From Octopus sinensis (taxonomy: Eukaryota): a DNA stretch of 64,000 nucleotides. The translations under genes and the position numbers were made by a program. Below the pieces are notes generated by a model. The model searched no databases and was not told the origin of the DNA. It saw only the letters and a program-made list of their open reading frames with translations. Within the stretch, counting starts at the first letter, position 1. Every line of letters starts with the position of its first letter. This document shows positions 49,344 to 62,000 of the stretch, piece after piece. Location of the stretch: assembly GCF_006345805.1 (NCBI RefSeq), contig NW_021835990.1, positions 124,001-188,000 on the forward strand, given 5' to 3'.

Positions 49344-51232
49344 TCAATCAGAAGAGACTATTTTGCTCTTTAGGTCAGCTATAATTTCATCTTGGATAAC
49401 AACACGTGCTTTTGATTCTGCTAGCAAAATTTCTAATTCTTCAATCCTTCTTTTTAAATTCTCAGTCTCTCCCTACAAAAATCATTTAAAAACGGGACAA
49501 CCTGCGAACTAAGTTCCTTCAACAAATCACCAGCTGAAGGCCTACTCCTAGGATTATTACTCATCATCAATCTGATCATAAGCGACTATAATCATATTAG
49601 TCATTTCCCACCAGTTGTGCCCACCGTCGAGTAAATCCCTTTGACGGGCCATTAGTTCGAAGATATCTTGTACAAGTTATTCGTTCACTGTTAGTTATAT
49701 AAACACTATAAAGCTCATATAGGACAATCCCCAAAGAATATATATCACACTATAATATATTTAATTTTTAACCTTATTATCGTATTCTGAAGATTTTGTG
49801 ACTTCTGGAGCAATATATAATCTAGTCCCGACTCCTTTTGAAAGCTGAACAATATTAGAATCTATAAAAAGTAAATCAATAAAAGTAACCATCACATGGA
49901 GACTGAACAGGTCTAGCAAGACCAAAATCCCCAATTTTAACAGTCAAGGTCTCTGTGTTAAGAAATATGTTCCCTGGCTAAAATATTAGAATATCTGACC
50001 TTGATATCTCTGTGAATCACTCCCATTGAGTGTATATACTCAAGTCCTTTAACTATTTGGAGAGTAATATCAAAATTATCACATCTGTCAATTACACTAT
50101 GCCTTTCTTAAATGCACTAATACACAAATACCGCCTCACCTTCAGGAATTCGATTAGCGACAAAACAATTGCGAGTATTCAGCCAATTCTTTAACGTATC
50201 AGAACACATTTCCATTTGGATGAACAACGTCCAAACTAATGATTTCTACATTACGGAAAAATTTATGTTCGAACCTCAGAACGACTAGATTTTGTATCAT
50301 CTAACAAAAATTATTATGCCAAAATAAAAAAAACCGGCGGTAGATGAACTCCACTGGTTATACTGAGGCTGTTCTCCACTACAGCGAAAAACAACAAGAG
50401 AGGAGCTATCAAAAAATCAAAATTGATCCAAACTAACCTTTCAGAAGACTTTAGGGGTTGAACTGATTCATATTCTTCGTTCGAGTCCTCACTTTCGCTG
50501 CAGTAAAACTCCACCCAGGACGAATAATAGCGGACGACATTGGGGTGAGTTAACTTTGCAAGGACTACAACTTCTCTGAGAAGAAATTCAATATCTTCTT
50601 TGGATTTTTGAATCAGCTTGACATCATATTGAACTTTGTCTACTTTATTGCGAGTCTAGTAAACTTGACATTGGAAATTACTAAATAAACGTGGCCAAAG
50701 CAACCACTTCCAAGGGTAGAAATTTGAGTAAAATTCAGATGGTAGAACGAAGATCGGTTTAAAACATAAAACATTTGATCAAAAAATGTTTTGATCAAGT
50801 CAGGGTTTGACATTAACGCTACATTAACAAGCGCCCTCATTAGAAGTTTAAATGTAGAGTAGCTGTGATCCAGATCGAAATGTAATTTATATGTAGAGGG
50901 TAAAATATCACGTTTTTTTAGTTGTTCTGACAAAACTATATTTTTTATGTTTCTTTATTTTTACTGTTTAAAAATTTATTTTCTTCATTTGAATAACCAA
51001 ATAAGATTTCACTGATGTACTTTAGTGATGAAATGAGGACCATTTGTGCTGCGTCTAATTTTTTAGTGTTTATTTCTCCTTTTGGAATAATCTCAAAATC
51101 GTTGCTATCAATCTCTGATTTTATTTAATTATAATCACCTTCAAAACCTCGTATTGGTTCTATTTTGATATTCTTTGCAATGTTTAATTCTTCTTCGGTA
51201 AATTGACCATAAGAATCGTCAGTATCAGACAT
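49344..51232 (-). CDS. EIF2AK1: eIF2-alpha kinase, HRI/EIF2AK1-like, apparently intact, ~12 introns of 22-33 nt
   Basis: The spliced frame runs MSDTDD...LGSGCFGHVY, TRNKVDKVQYDVK, LTHPNVVRYYSSWVE, LFIQMEMC, HRDIKPGNIF, KIGDFGLA, GVGTRLYIAPE, DIYSLGI and RPSA to a C-terminal coiled coil. The HRI subtype call rests on the N-terminus and the coiled coil. Confidence 0.85.
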
Positions 51233-52168
51233 AATTAGGGCAACCAAATGCTATAAAATGCTATTAAATATAATTTAATAAAAATATCATAAATAATAAA
51301 TATGATAGTAATAAAATTATTTTGTTATATTTATTTAAATAAAAAATTTGCTATTTTTTGTTATTTTTATACAAAATGCTATTTTTTGCTATTTTTTTAT
51401 AGTCTGCTATTATTTACTATTTTTTAATTGTTATACAGTAATAAGAATAAAAAGAATTTAAAGCAAGCATGGTTTGCACTGTTCCTTTTGGAAGCTACGT
51501 TAGACTTAAAATTGCTCAAAAAGTGGAAATATTGCGTTACAAAGAAAGTAATAAGTCTGCTTCATGCCAGACGATTTGCAACAGAAAATAGATCAATTTT
51601 GTTATTAATTGATAATTGCCCATCCCATTGCCCGCCTCTTTATTTGGAAAATATTAAAATAATGTTTATTCCAAAATACAGTACAGGGTTTATTCAGCCA
51701 ATGGATCTGGACATTATAAAAACGTTCAAAGTACATTTTACAAGACGCAAATTACTTTATTCAACGGATATATATTTCGAAGATCTAACCACGATTGGAA
51801 GAAACTATTTAAAGATTAATGACTTAATTTTGAAAAGTGAAGATGAGGAATATTCGATGGAAAATGCATATGAAGAGTTAGATTCAATCATTTTTCATTC
51901 GGATCCGTGCAATATAAAAAATTATATTATAAAGAAACTATAGAAAAAACAGGGATCACATAAAACAAACGCCCCCAGGGGCGTTTGTTTAATATGTGTA
52001 AAGTTAGGGGCGTTTATTTAATATGTGTGAAGTTAGGGGCGTTTGTTTAATATGTGTTATATTGATGTTATAAAAAATTATATTATAATTTTTCCCATGT
52101 TTATTGTAGGTAGTACATACGAAACAACTTTAAGAGAACTTCTAGGAAGTGATACAATCGGGATAATA

Positions 52169-53997
52169 TGTCGCGTCCCACACGAGCTACCCATCCCATG
52201 GTGGTTACATGTCACCTGTCAATAAATAATAATGCCTGTCATGGTGACTGTCAAATTTAATAATTAATTTAATTGCATTGATTTCTAATCAATAATCGTT
52301 TCAACAATAAAAATTTATTAAAATAAAGCGTCTACGTTTTTTTAACTTGATTCATATTAACTATTTTAGACTTCCCTGAACTTGTTTTAATCTGTTAAAT
52401 AAAATAATAATAAAATAGACCTCTAGTCGATTGTTTGACAAAATTTGAACAACTTCAGCAGGTTCTCCATATGGGGATTCAAATCGGTTTAGCCTTAGGG
52501 AAGGATTTGTCCCAAAATCCTTTAGAACTCTAACCTAACAATTATTCACTAAAAATACTCCGCTCCCAATTGAAAAATCGTATTTCGATTGATGAACATT
52601 CATTTTTTTATTCATGCGTTTAAAATATGGTGAATTTAAATTAGGTGGAGAAAAATTCAATATAAAATCACTAGCATCCAAGTTGTCTAGCATATGTTAT
52701 TCAAAATTTACCTGAAACATCTAAAATATTTTCTACATCCATATCCTCTGATGATACATGATAAAAATCATCCAAACACTCACTTTCTTTGAAATTAAAA
52801 AAATTAAAAAAACTTTTATCATCATGAATGACGGTGTTTATACCAGAAACTCCTCTTAGTTTTTTAAATGGTGTTTCATTTATAGAAGAATGAATAGTCG
52901 TGTTATATGTAAAAGTGCTTCGTTTAATAAATTGGATCCAGTTTTTAGTTGATTCTTCACTCATCAGCTTTGAAAGATTTCGTGTTAAAGTTTGATTAAA
53001 TCTTTCCACGATACCCTGAAACAGATAAATATTGTGTCATTACTTGTGATTGAGGATGATTTGGTCTTCCGTAAATATGTTGGATTTTGTTTTTCGTGCA
53101 AAAAGAATCGAGATATTTATTCCTAAACTCAGTTCCATTATCTGTTTGTAGAAACTCGCAAAAGCCGATTTCTGAACAAATTTCTTCGAAAGCCTCACAA
53201 ATATCTAAATTCCAATATAAAACATAAATATACTTATTGCAGATTTATTTTTAACTCCTTTAAAAATGGCATACTTACTGTAAACATCAATGAAAGTAAA
53301 TATCCATTTGTAGCCATCGTTCGAATCGTTAAATTTTTTAACGTCTATAAGGTCTGCTTGGAATCGTTCATTTGGTCTTTTGGCAATCACATGGTACTTA
53401 GAATCTGAAACCTGCTATATAAGTTTTTTATTTTATACTTTAAGTGGAATGGAAAACTTGCATATTGAGCACTCTTTGACGACTCGTTCGATAATTTTAC
53501 GCTTTATTGTAAAATAGGAGTGTAAACATTCCTGTTTCAGTTTACGAATTCCAGAATGGCTATTCCGGTGAATAGAATCTGCAATAGTTTGCATCTCACT
53601 CTCATTATCCATGCAAATTTGTGCTTTTGAAATCTTTCGTCTTTGAGGTATAAGCAGTCATCAATGACAATAAATTTAGTGGATTTTTTAGTTAATTTAT
53701 ATTTTATTTGTCTTGAAGATGTCTGTACAGGTTGGCCATTTAAAATATTGACTATAGTATGATATTCTGAGATATTTTTTACAAAACCTATTATTACATA
53801 TACAGGGGAATACATTTTAAAGAGGACATGTTGAAAATTGAATAATAACGCTAAAAATATTAAATATGCCCACACGAGTAACGAATGATTAAACCACATT
53901 AATTATGACATCTGACAGCCAATGACCTCGTAAAAATGATTGATTGACAGGTGACATGTAGCCAGCATGGGATGCGTAACCACCATGGGACGCGACA
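52169..53997 (-). mobile_element. Complete Ginger2/Tdd-like transposon
   Basis: ~55-bp imperfect TIR starting TGTCGCGTCCCA and ending TACATGTCACCTGTCAAT; 5-bp TSD TAATA (52164-52168, 53998-54002). Removal restores the Merlin frame TIGIISFF. Confidence 0.92.
52332..53815 (-). CDS. Integrase-type transposase (HHCC + DDE) with six micro-introns and one 1-nt frameshift
   Basis: H...H.G...C..C zinc motif, FQADLID, FIDVYSKY, QTDNGTEF and SQ-GIVERFNQ. Introns: 53415-53438, 53205-53233, 53016-53043, 52687-52711, 52535-52558, 52392-52420. Frameshift near 53612. Confidence 0.88.
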
Positions 53998-55269
53998 TAA
54001 TATCATTTTTTAAGGCAAAAGGACTAATGAAATCAAAAATGATCTTGAATGTTTTTGGGTATGACCACGCTACTGTAAACCACTCAATTAACTTAATTGA
54101 ACCAACCACCGGTGTTCATACCCAACATGTGGAGTCCTATTGGAATAAAAACAAATTGCGTTGTAAGAAAATGAAAGGTGTCAAAAAAGAATTTTTACAA
54201 GACTACCTAAACGAATTTATGTGGCGTGACAACGTAATTGGTGATCCTTTTGAAAAGTTAATGGAGCTTTTGAAAAATTATTATGTTGTTCAATAAACTT
54301 GTTTCTAAAGTATAGTATTTATTTATAAATTTGATATTTAGTTTTATATTATTTTAATGTTTTCGTCGAATGTTTGACATGTATAAATTTAGGGGCGTTT
54401 GTTTAATATGTGTAAATTTAGGGGCTTTTGTTTAATATGTGTAAATTTGGGGGCGTTTGTTTAATGTGATCCAAAAAAGGAATATCTGATATTCTCCATT
54501 TTTCTAACAAGAACATTCCTTTAATAGTTTATGCTAATTTGGCAAAAAGTAGCCCAAGTTCGTCATCTGTTGAAAAATTTTCCCTTTGAAGTTTAAAATT
54601 TCGAAAAATGCTATTATTTGCTATTTTTTCTTTGGTGATTGCTATTTTTTTCAAAAATTTTGCTATTTTTTGGTTGCCCTAGTCATGACTGATAACATCG
54701 CCTAGTACCGATAATAGGAATCCCTGCTTCTCAGAAGAATCAATAATGGTTAGGTCTATATTCCGCTTTATATTATTTGTTACCACTTTGGAGTTGCTTC
54801 ATTGGTTGTTTTCAATTATAGACTCTTGCAGTCTTTTCATTTATTTCTAATTCTCGTTTAATGTGATAGGAGAGTGAAAATATTTTTTTAAAAGCAGCCG
54901 ACATACAGTCGGTCGTGCTTCAGGAGATTTCTATTTCAGTCTGATATATAATTAAAGACAATTATCCATTTTGGGTTCTCTTAATTGCTCTAAACTGGGG
55001 CGGCCAATTAGAAATGCCTCGCTAACAAATTTTATAATACTAAAGGAAATTGGCCCGAAAACAAATTTACTGACCCGTGGGACATTAGTAAAATATTTTT
55101 ATATTTATTGTGACTCAAAAGATTTTCAAGCTCGTACATTTAATGCAGATTTGACTCAGGACTATTTTATATAGAGAATAATGAAAAACATTTTTAAAAA
55201 TAATTTTAGCTTTAAAAATAATATCGTATGTACTAGTTCCTAAATTTCAAAAATAATTGCAAAACAAAT

Positions 55270-55870
55270 GAAGCAATTTACTGACATCGAATTTATCAAA
55301 GAATTCTTAAGCAGAAAATTTATTTACCACCAAACAAACACTTTTGAGTCTACGCCATTTCTAACGAATATCCTATCAATCAAAAAAACCATAATTTGTG
55401 AAGACCTAAATACAAAGAATTCAATTTGGCTTACCGGTAAACCCCAGATCAAAGAGTATACAACTATGACCCCAACAGAAAGATCTTGTGATTTTAAACA
55501 ACTCCCGCCTTTACACGAGATGCAAGTTAAAGCCAGAAGATCAAAACACGTCACCCGACCTGATACTATGTTCACCTACGATTACATCTCGTACAATATC
55601 ACGTCATAAATAGTAATCTACGGCCTTCCATCTGACTATTAATAGGTTCTAATCACCATCGACCTCCTCTCTCCAAGGGACAACAACCGTAAATCAATTA
55701 TTTATTACAAACGAGCACGATGGGCTGCCTATCAGATGGAAACAGAAAGTACACTACAAAACCTTTCAGTAAAACGTACCTCCCCTTATCAATTAATTCA
55801 AATCATTGCTAAGCAGGAAAATCCGTTTACACCTATCAAGAGTTCGCATAGGGCATCAAGATGACCTTTT
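55270..55870 (+). mobile_element. Highly degenerate LINE APE fragment
   Basis: IICEDLNTKNSIW and TRPDTMF resemble APE motifs. Confidence 0.45.
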
Positions 55871-56589
55871 CTTATGCTCTAAGCCACCTCAAGAAATATT
55901 GAGGAATCCCGGGCTACAATACCATCGAGCAAAATACTGTAACGGCGACAGACGGTGAAGATAACCTAGAAAGTGTGCATAATATTGCTGAATCAACAGA
56001 GCCAGATCGTAAAGACATTCCCGATTTTACAAAAGGTGAGTACAAATTTGATTTTCTTTCGGTAGACCTGACTTCTGTTTATAATAAAAGGATGAATAAA
56101 AAGATCCTAATAATCAAAAAACAACAAGAAATATCGCTAGAAATGGTTTCTTGACAAGAGAACCGAGAACGATCCCTCCAAATAAAAAATCAGTAGAGTA
56201 GTTTCTTAGTAGGATGAGTTCATTGTGGCTATCGACACAGGCTAACTTTTATAAAAGAGGGAGAATTCGGGCACCATTGCTTTTATGTCAGGCTCACGTT
56301 TCACTTAGATGAGGTATTGGAGTGACTCAGATTTATCCAACACAATATATTAATTTTTGACCTTATAAAATTATATTATTTTTTATCTTAATAATTTAAA
56401 TATTTAATATATTTAAAACTGATATAGAGTCGGTGTGGAATTTTTATGATGGAATCTCGCGAGGCTCGTAAACTCAATGAAATTATTTTTATTTATTTCC
56501 GATTTTTTTATTTTAGATGATTTTATGAATAACAAATTTAAAAGGGTTATTAATGAAACTCAAAAATTCATATTTGAATTTTGCTACAA

Positions 56590-56740
56590 TTTCAAGGACT
56601 CGAGAGAGAGCCTCTGGTTCCGCCAGCGCATCGGCCTGGCCATTGTTCGGGGCAACGCACACTGCGTCCTCGCCGCTGGAACTTAACTATTTTCGGTGTT
56701 AATTGTTAGTTAAATACGTTTAAAAAAAAAATTTTAAGGC
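56590..56740 (+). mobile_element. CRE-clade extreme 3' end
   Basis: RESLWFRQRIGLAIVRGNAHCVLAAGT* followed by poly(A). Confidence 0.8.
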
Positions 56741-56849
56741 TAAAGTAAGAATTGCTTATTCAAAAATATTTTAGGCTATAAGAGGGTTGACATTTTATAA
56801 AATAGGAAAAAGAGCCGAAGGGATGAAATTAATAAGTTTTGTACACCAA

Positions 56850-59800
56850 CAATTCTCTAATGATGAACAACTTTATCGAATTATGACTGACAATTATAAA
56901 TATATTCAAAGATGTAAATATCAAAAATAAAATTCTTAGATGATTTACTTTTTGAATATACAAACAAAATTTTAGAAAATGGAGTTGATTCCGAGAGTAA
57001 GTATTTACCTTTATTGTTCTCTTATGTTACTCATTATCTTTGGTCTGGTATTTTGCCAGACTGTGGAGCTCTGCTGAGTCAAATGTATAAAAAGTGGCCA
57101 AATAATTTATACAACTCTTGGAAGCTTGTATTTATTTATTTTCAAGTAATCTGCTTATTTATATTAACAGGCCATTGAATGTATCGATTTGTCGAAAAGC
57201 GCAAAACTTTTTACACTTTGTGTTAAAATGGCTGAAAGAGATAAAAACATTTCCTTTGCCTCTGAAATAATTTGGAATATTCTTAAATTTCAAAACAATT
57301 ATTTAGAAATGGCGAACCATATCGGTTTATATTTTTAGTCTTTGATTTTAAAGAAACGAGAAAAATTGACCAGAGGCTAACTCGCTGTAAAATTTACCGG
57401 GAACTCAAAAAGTGGGAAGAACTACAAAATCTTTGCGAATCTGTTTTGATCCAAAGGTTTTTTAATAAATTTACACAGTGTGGACGATATGGATATTATT
57501 CGTGATTATTTTGAGAGTCTATCAGCTCTATGGACCGAGAATAAGTATTTTGTTTGTTATAAAAGTAGCGGGAGCGTGGATGTATCGAACGTAGATTTAG
57601 AATCGTCCAAACTTCAAAATAGACTTTTTGATCTACACGGAAAATCAAAAACCGGCAATTTTTTGGTTTTTAATTAATAAGATTACTGTTATGGAAGTTG
57701 GAATTATTTCGGGCATGTCCTACAATTTTTTGTAAAGATATTTGCTACTCTATAATGATTGAGTATTTCCATGTATTGGGTCATCAAAGACCTTCATGCT
57801 GGGCTGATTTGAATTATTATGTGTCGCATTTTGAATTGGATTGTCTCGATTCTGTTTTAACTTGTTTGTATTATTAATAGGTCTATGAAATATTTGATAC
57901 TAGTGATAAATATGCTCTGTTTCTATGTGATGATTGTTTTGTATAAAATTGAAATGCTGATGTTTTTAGTCACATAATGCAGTGAAATTTCAATATGTTA
58001 CTGGAAGATATTACAATGAGGATTCACTAAAATTTGCTCTCAATATTATTAAACTCTCATTGAAGAAAGGTGGATTTGTTTGATAATTATTTAAGAAATA
58101 TATTTGGAAATTGGATTGTCATTGATGCTTGACATTGTTGAATCCACTGGTTTTATCGGTTTTAGAGTGTAGATGTGATGAATCAATATCATATTAATAT
58201 ATTGTTGGCATTAAGAATTCTATGTATTTATGCCACAAGAAATTTTCCATTGAACTATAAATTTTGGTTTTTTGTTCTTCGTGTTTATAACATGATTGGT
58301 TTGACATGTATAATATTTTATAAATAGGATTCCCATTTTATCATGAATTTATTTATAAAAAACTTGAAATAAAAAATCTTCAATTTGAAAGTATCGGGTA
58401 ATCTATTTTATCCAATAAATTATATTTAATAGATTTCATTTTATAAATTTGATTTTACGTGAGGGTTGTTCTTCATTTTTATTCTCAAAATTTAATAGAT
58501 TTTACGCCAGCACATTAAATCAGGTTAGTATAATAATTTATCTTTCAATAGACTGCTGAAATTTTTATTTTATCCTTGAAAAATCTTCATTTTAATAACG
58601 TTCATATTATCCAAATTTATTTGTAGCTTCCAGAGGCGGTCGAACTTTGTAAATCTGTATCCAAATCACAACAGGAAGCTTTGATATTCACAGAATCTCA
58701 TTTTTGCAATATTTTTGATTCGCTGACAACGTAAGAATTATTTCAACTAATTTTAGATTTTTTAACTTTAAGTCAATACTTCCTGATTTGTATTATTTTG
58801 GAACATCTTTGAAATATTCTTATAGTGATTTATTCACAAATAATCGCGACTATTTTTCGTTCGAATTGATTTCTAATAGATCTCGGTATTGATCTGGATT
58901 TATATTTTAGTATATCTATATTGTCAATTAATGAGCAAGTGGATTTTATTTGTATATTGTAGGAAATTTATCTTCGATTCCGCATTCTGCTGAGTTGTCT
59001 AATGAGGGAATTAATCACTTTTTCTATTCCCGAGTTTTGCTCGCTTTCTCGTGACAAATATTTTGATAAATGTTGTGTATTTTCATATCTGATTTATCAA
59101 TATTTTGTTGATCGCCCTCCACAAGAACAATTTGGAAAATTGAATGTATTTAATTAATTAAGTAGATCTTAACAAATGTAGAGTTCTTATTTTGTGGAAA
59201 GTCCATATCGACATTACCATTATTATAAATTCGGAGAAATAATTCATTCTCTTGTAGCAATACTTTTTTCAGTTTATTCAAACGAATTCAAATCAGGTTT
59301 ATATTTTTTTATTATATTTATAGATTCTTTTATTGCTGCATGTGACGATTTAAAACTCCTGATAGGTTATTGTTATAGCATTCTAATTTATATTAGGAAA
59401 AATAAACGAAGAAAATGCAACACTTGTAGATGTGTTCCCATTATCAAAGTCTCTGTTTAATGTTCAAATTCAAGTAGTGATTAATAATATATATTATTTA
59501 AGATATTCAAAGTTATATCATTGTTTTTTTGCAGTTATTGTCAGAATTGAGGAGATTAAGCACAATTCCGAAAGAAAAATAAAAGTAATTTATTTGTATT
59601 ATTATCAGTTTCCTTTATGTTTAAATTCAGTTTTTAATCAAGTGAAATCAGTTTGTACATTTTTTTACAATCAATGTACTTCGAATTCGACCACTGACGG
59701 ATATTTGAGTAACTCGTACAGTATATTATCTCACTTTGACATCATTGAATATATGAATGTATTTTTATGCTAATTTATTTAGTTTACTGACTGTGATGAT

Positions 59801-60050
59801 GTAAAAAATGTTGACTGTTTTAGAAATTTACAGAAAAATATTGTAGAAGAAGAAAAGGAGTTTGTAAATAATTTATTCGACAATAAACGGGCTGATTTAT
59901 ATCGGCTAATTAAATTTGTGGAATCATTATCTGTATCAATTTTGTGATTAATCATACCTTGTATTTACTTTCTTATTATCACTTCTTTTAATTAATGATT
60001 GTTTCACAATAATATTTTTTTGTTTTCTTATGCCATCTATAACAATTTCA
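56850..60050 (+). other. AT-rich multi-exon host gene or relic, possibly CFAP69-like (ARM repeats)
   Basis: FASEIIWNILK, SKSQQEAL and FGEII...FKSGL resemble CFAP69 segments as recalled from memory; the frame could not be fully reconstructed. Confidence 0.35.
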
Positions 60051-60234
60051 AAAGTTAATGTGGTACTTGTAATTAACGTCTCTGTTCTGGGAAGGGACAG
60101 TTAGATTGAATTTATATTTCTCCATTACCTAAAATTGATTAATACTTTTTAATATAAAATAAAAAAAAATTTTTATTAAAAATTAACGATAAATTTTATC
60201 TAAAAATATATTAGGATAACCTAAAATGAAACAA

Positions 60235-60850
60235 TTCATTGGGACAATCCTATTCCCTCTTCGCGTACCCATAAGATCCTTGGCGTGGTTTTCGACTCCT
60301 TAATGACGTTCTCAAGTCACGTGGAGGAGGCCCTAGCTAAAGGTATTCGGAAGTGGAACGTCTTGAAAGCTCTGTTAAAGAAGAGTCCCTTCCCCCTGGA
60401 AGATTATGTCAGCAAGGTCTACCAACAAGTGATTGCCCCGACGGTTGAGTATGCCTGCTCAGCCTGGAGGTTTGCAATTGCTTGTTCGAAAGCGAAACGT
60501 TTGAACTCACTCAAAAGAAAGATTATGCTCCACACTGACACCTCAGTTGGCAGCCTTGCTCCCGAGGAGGCGACGCAGAAGAATGGACAGGGTTTCCTAC
60601 GTTTTGCAAGGAACTGGGAAACCCATTCAAGGAAAAGGTGGCCCATGCAGAGGAATTTCGGTCGGTTATAAAGAAATGCACTCCGATTGAGTTCCTCTGC
60701 AGAAAGAAGAGAAGGCGTTTCCGGGTTACGGTTGGGTCATCAGAAGATCATGTAAGGAGAGTACGGCTGTTGTTGGAGGCAGGGATCACCCAATTAGTTA
60801 GTTCTGACCTATCTTTCTCGGTGATCTTGGAGTTAATAAATAAATAATAA
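60235..60850 (+). mobile_element. 5'-truncated LINE insertion with TSD
   Basis: ILGVVFDSLMTFSSHV...EYACSAW; (TAAA/TAA)n tail; 13-bp TSD TAAAATGAAACAA (60222-60234, 60851-60863). Confidence 0.88.
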
Positions 60851-61199
60851 TAAAATGAAACAACAATATTCAAACGTGGTTAATTTTGTTTATACAAATT
60901 GGGAAAAATGAATTTTACATTAAAAATCGTATTTTTAGTGATAATTCCAATACAGAATTTTACGCGCAATATGCTTTAAGGTTGGTCTATTGATTGGGAC
61001 AAAAAATATACATTATTGGTCTATGATAATATTAAATTTCCCTCCAAAAGTGGTTTATTTCATAAAATCATTGTATTTTACAGGAATGGCAAAAATATTT
61101 CTCCAAAAGCAAGGGTTCTCCCAAAAAGAGGGTTCACCGCAACTCGATTTTTTTTAAATTCAAGGTCTCACTGTATTTTACCCAATATTTAGACAGATG

Positions 61200-62000
61200 T
61201 TATTTACGTGTTTGCGTTTTTGTTAAAAATGCTGCTAAAAAATTTAGTACTAACTATTATAGATTACAAAACATTGTTTCTTATTTAAAAAGCAATACGA
61301 TTGATGAAAGTTTAATTGAAATGAACAAGTCAAGATTTCTAAATACAAAAAAAATTTTTTACTAGAAGACTCTAGATTAAAACCAAATATGGAACAAAAA
61401 ATTGTAATTGCTAAAAATTATATATAAACCATTAAATCTGAATTTTGGAATTTACATTTGAAAACGAATTATGAAGTAAACAAATTGAAAGAATAGTCTG
61501 AAAAATATTTTTTAGTATAAAAAGATCAATTATCTTAAAAGTTTATGCTGAATGTGTGGACTGTGTTCAATGTCAGTAATTAAAAGTGCATTCTCCTTTG
61601 ATAAGCATTAATGAAACAGCTCCAAAAAAGGATACTCGATGGATATGATAGATTTGAGTTTCTGGTCTGAATCGTAGTATCAAATATATTTTTAACATAA
61701 TCGATATTTATTTAAAATTTTGCTTTGTCTGAGCTACTAATTTAAGGAAAGCATTTCTAATTTCTTCTATTTTAAAAGCTTAATTTTATAATTTTTGACC
61801 TCGTCAAATATTACAGTTAGAAAACAGTAAAGACTTCAAAAATGAGAAGGAAAAGTAATTTAAACAATAGGTTTTTAATCTAGGTCAATTTTCACAAAAT
61901 CTAGTTTACAATATAGGTCAAGTGTGTAACACGATACTATGGGTAATGGAGAGAGTTCGTCACATCTAAAATGTCCTAATCGAAGGGTTAACTTAGGTTT
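61200..62000 (+). mobile_element. Highly degenerate Ginger-like integrase
   Basis: Frameshifted remnants of QMDMIDL, YIFNIIDIY and a QxDNxKxF-like motif. Confidence 0.45.

Larger units (their letters stand above)
51953..54472 (+). mobile_element. Internally deleted Merlin transposon
   Basis: 24-bp TIR GGATCACAT(A/T)AAACAAACGCCCCC; ~29-bp tandem subterminal repeats; C-terminus GYDHATVNHS...GVHTQHVESYW...YLNEFMWR; imperfect flanking duplication. Confidence 0.85.
51238..54679 (+). mobile_element. Degenerate pogo-like (DDE_1) element, outermost layer of a nest
   Basis: Termini GGGCAACCAAA...TTTGGTTGCCC with TA flanks; TGCTATT subterminal motifs; LLLIDNCPSH...QPMDLDIIKTFK at 51600-51760. Confidence 0.7.

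Noticed and set aside
52169-53997. LTR retrotransposon or retroviral origin of the integrases
   Set aside because: No RT, RNase H, gag or LTR; terminal inverted repeats and a TSD define a DNA transposon.
51953-54472. Bacterial contamination (IS1595- and IS630-like proteins)
   Set aside because: They are nested with intron-containing elements and next to spliced animal genes; Merlin and Tc1/IS630 relatives are eukaryotic.
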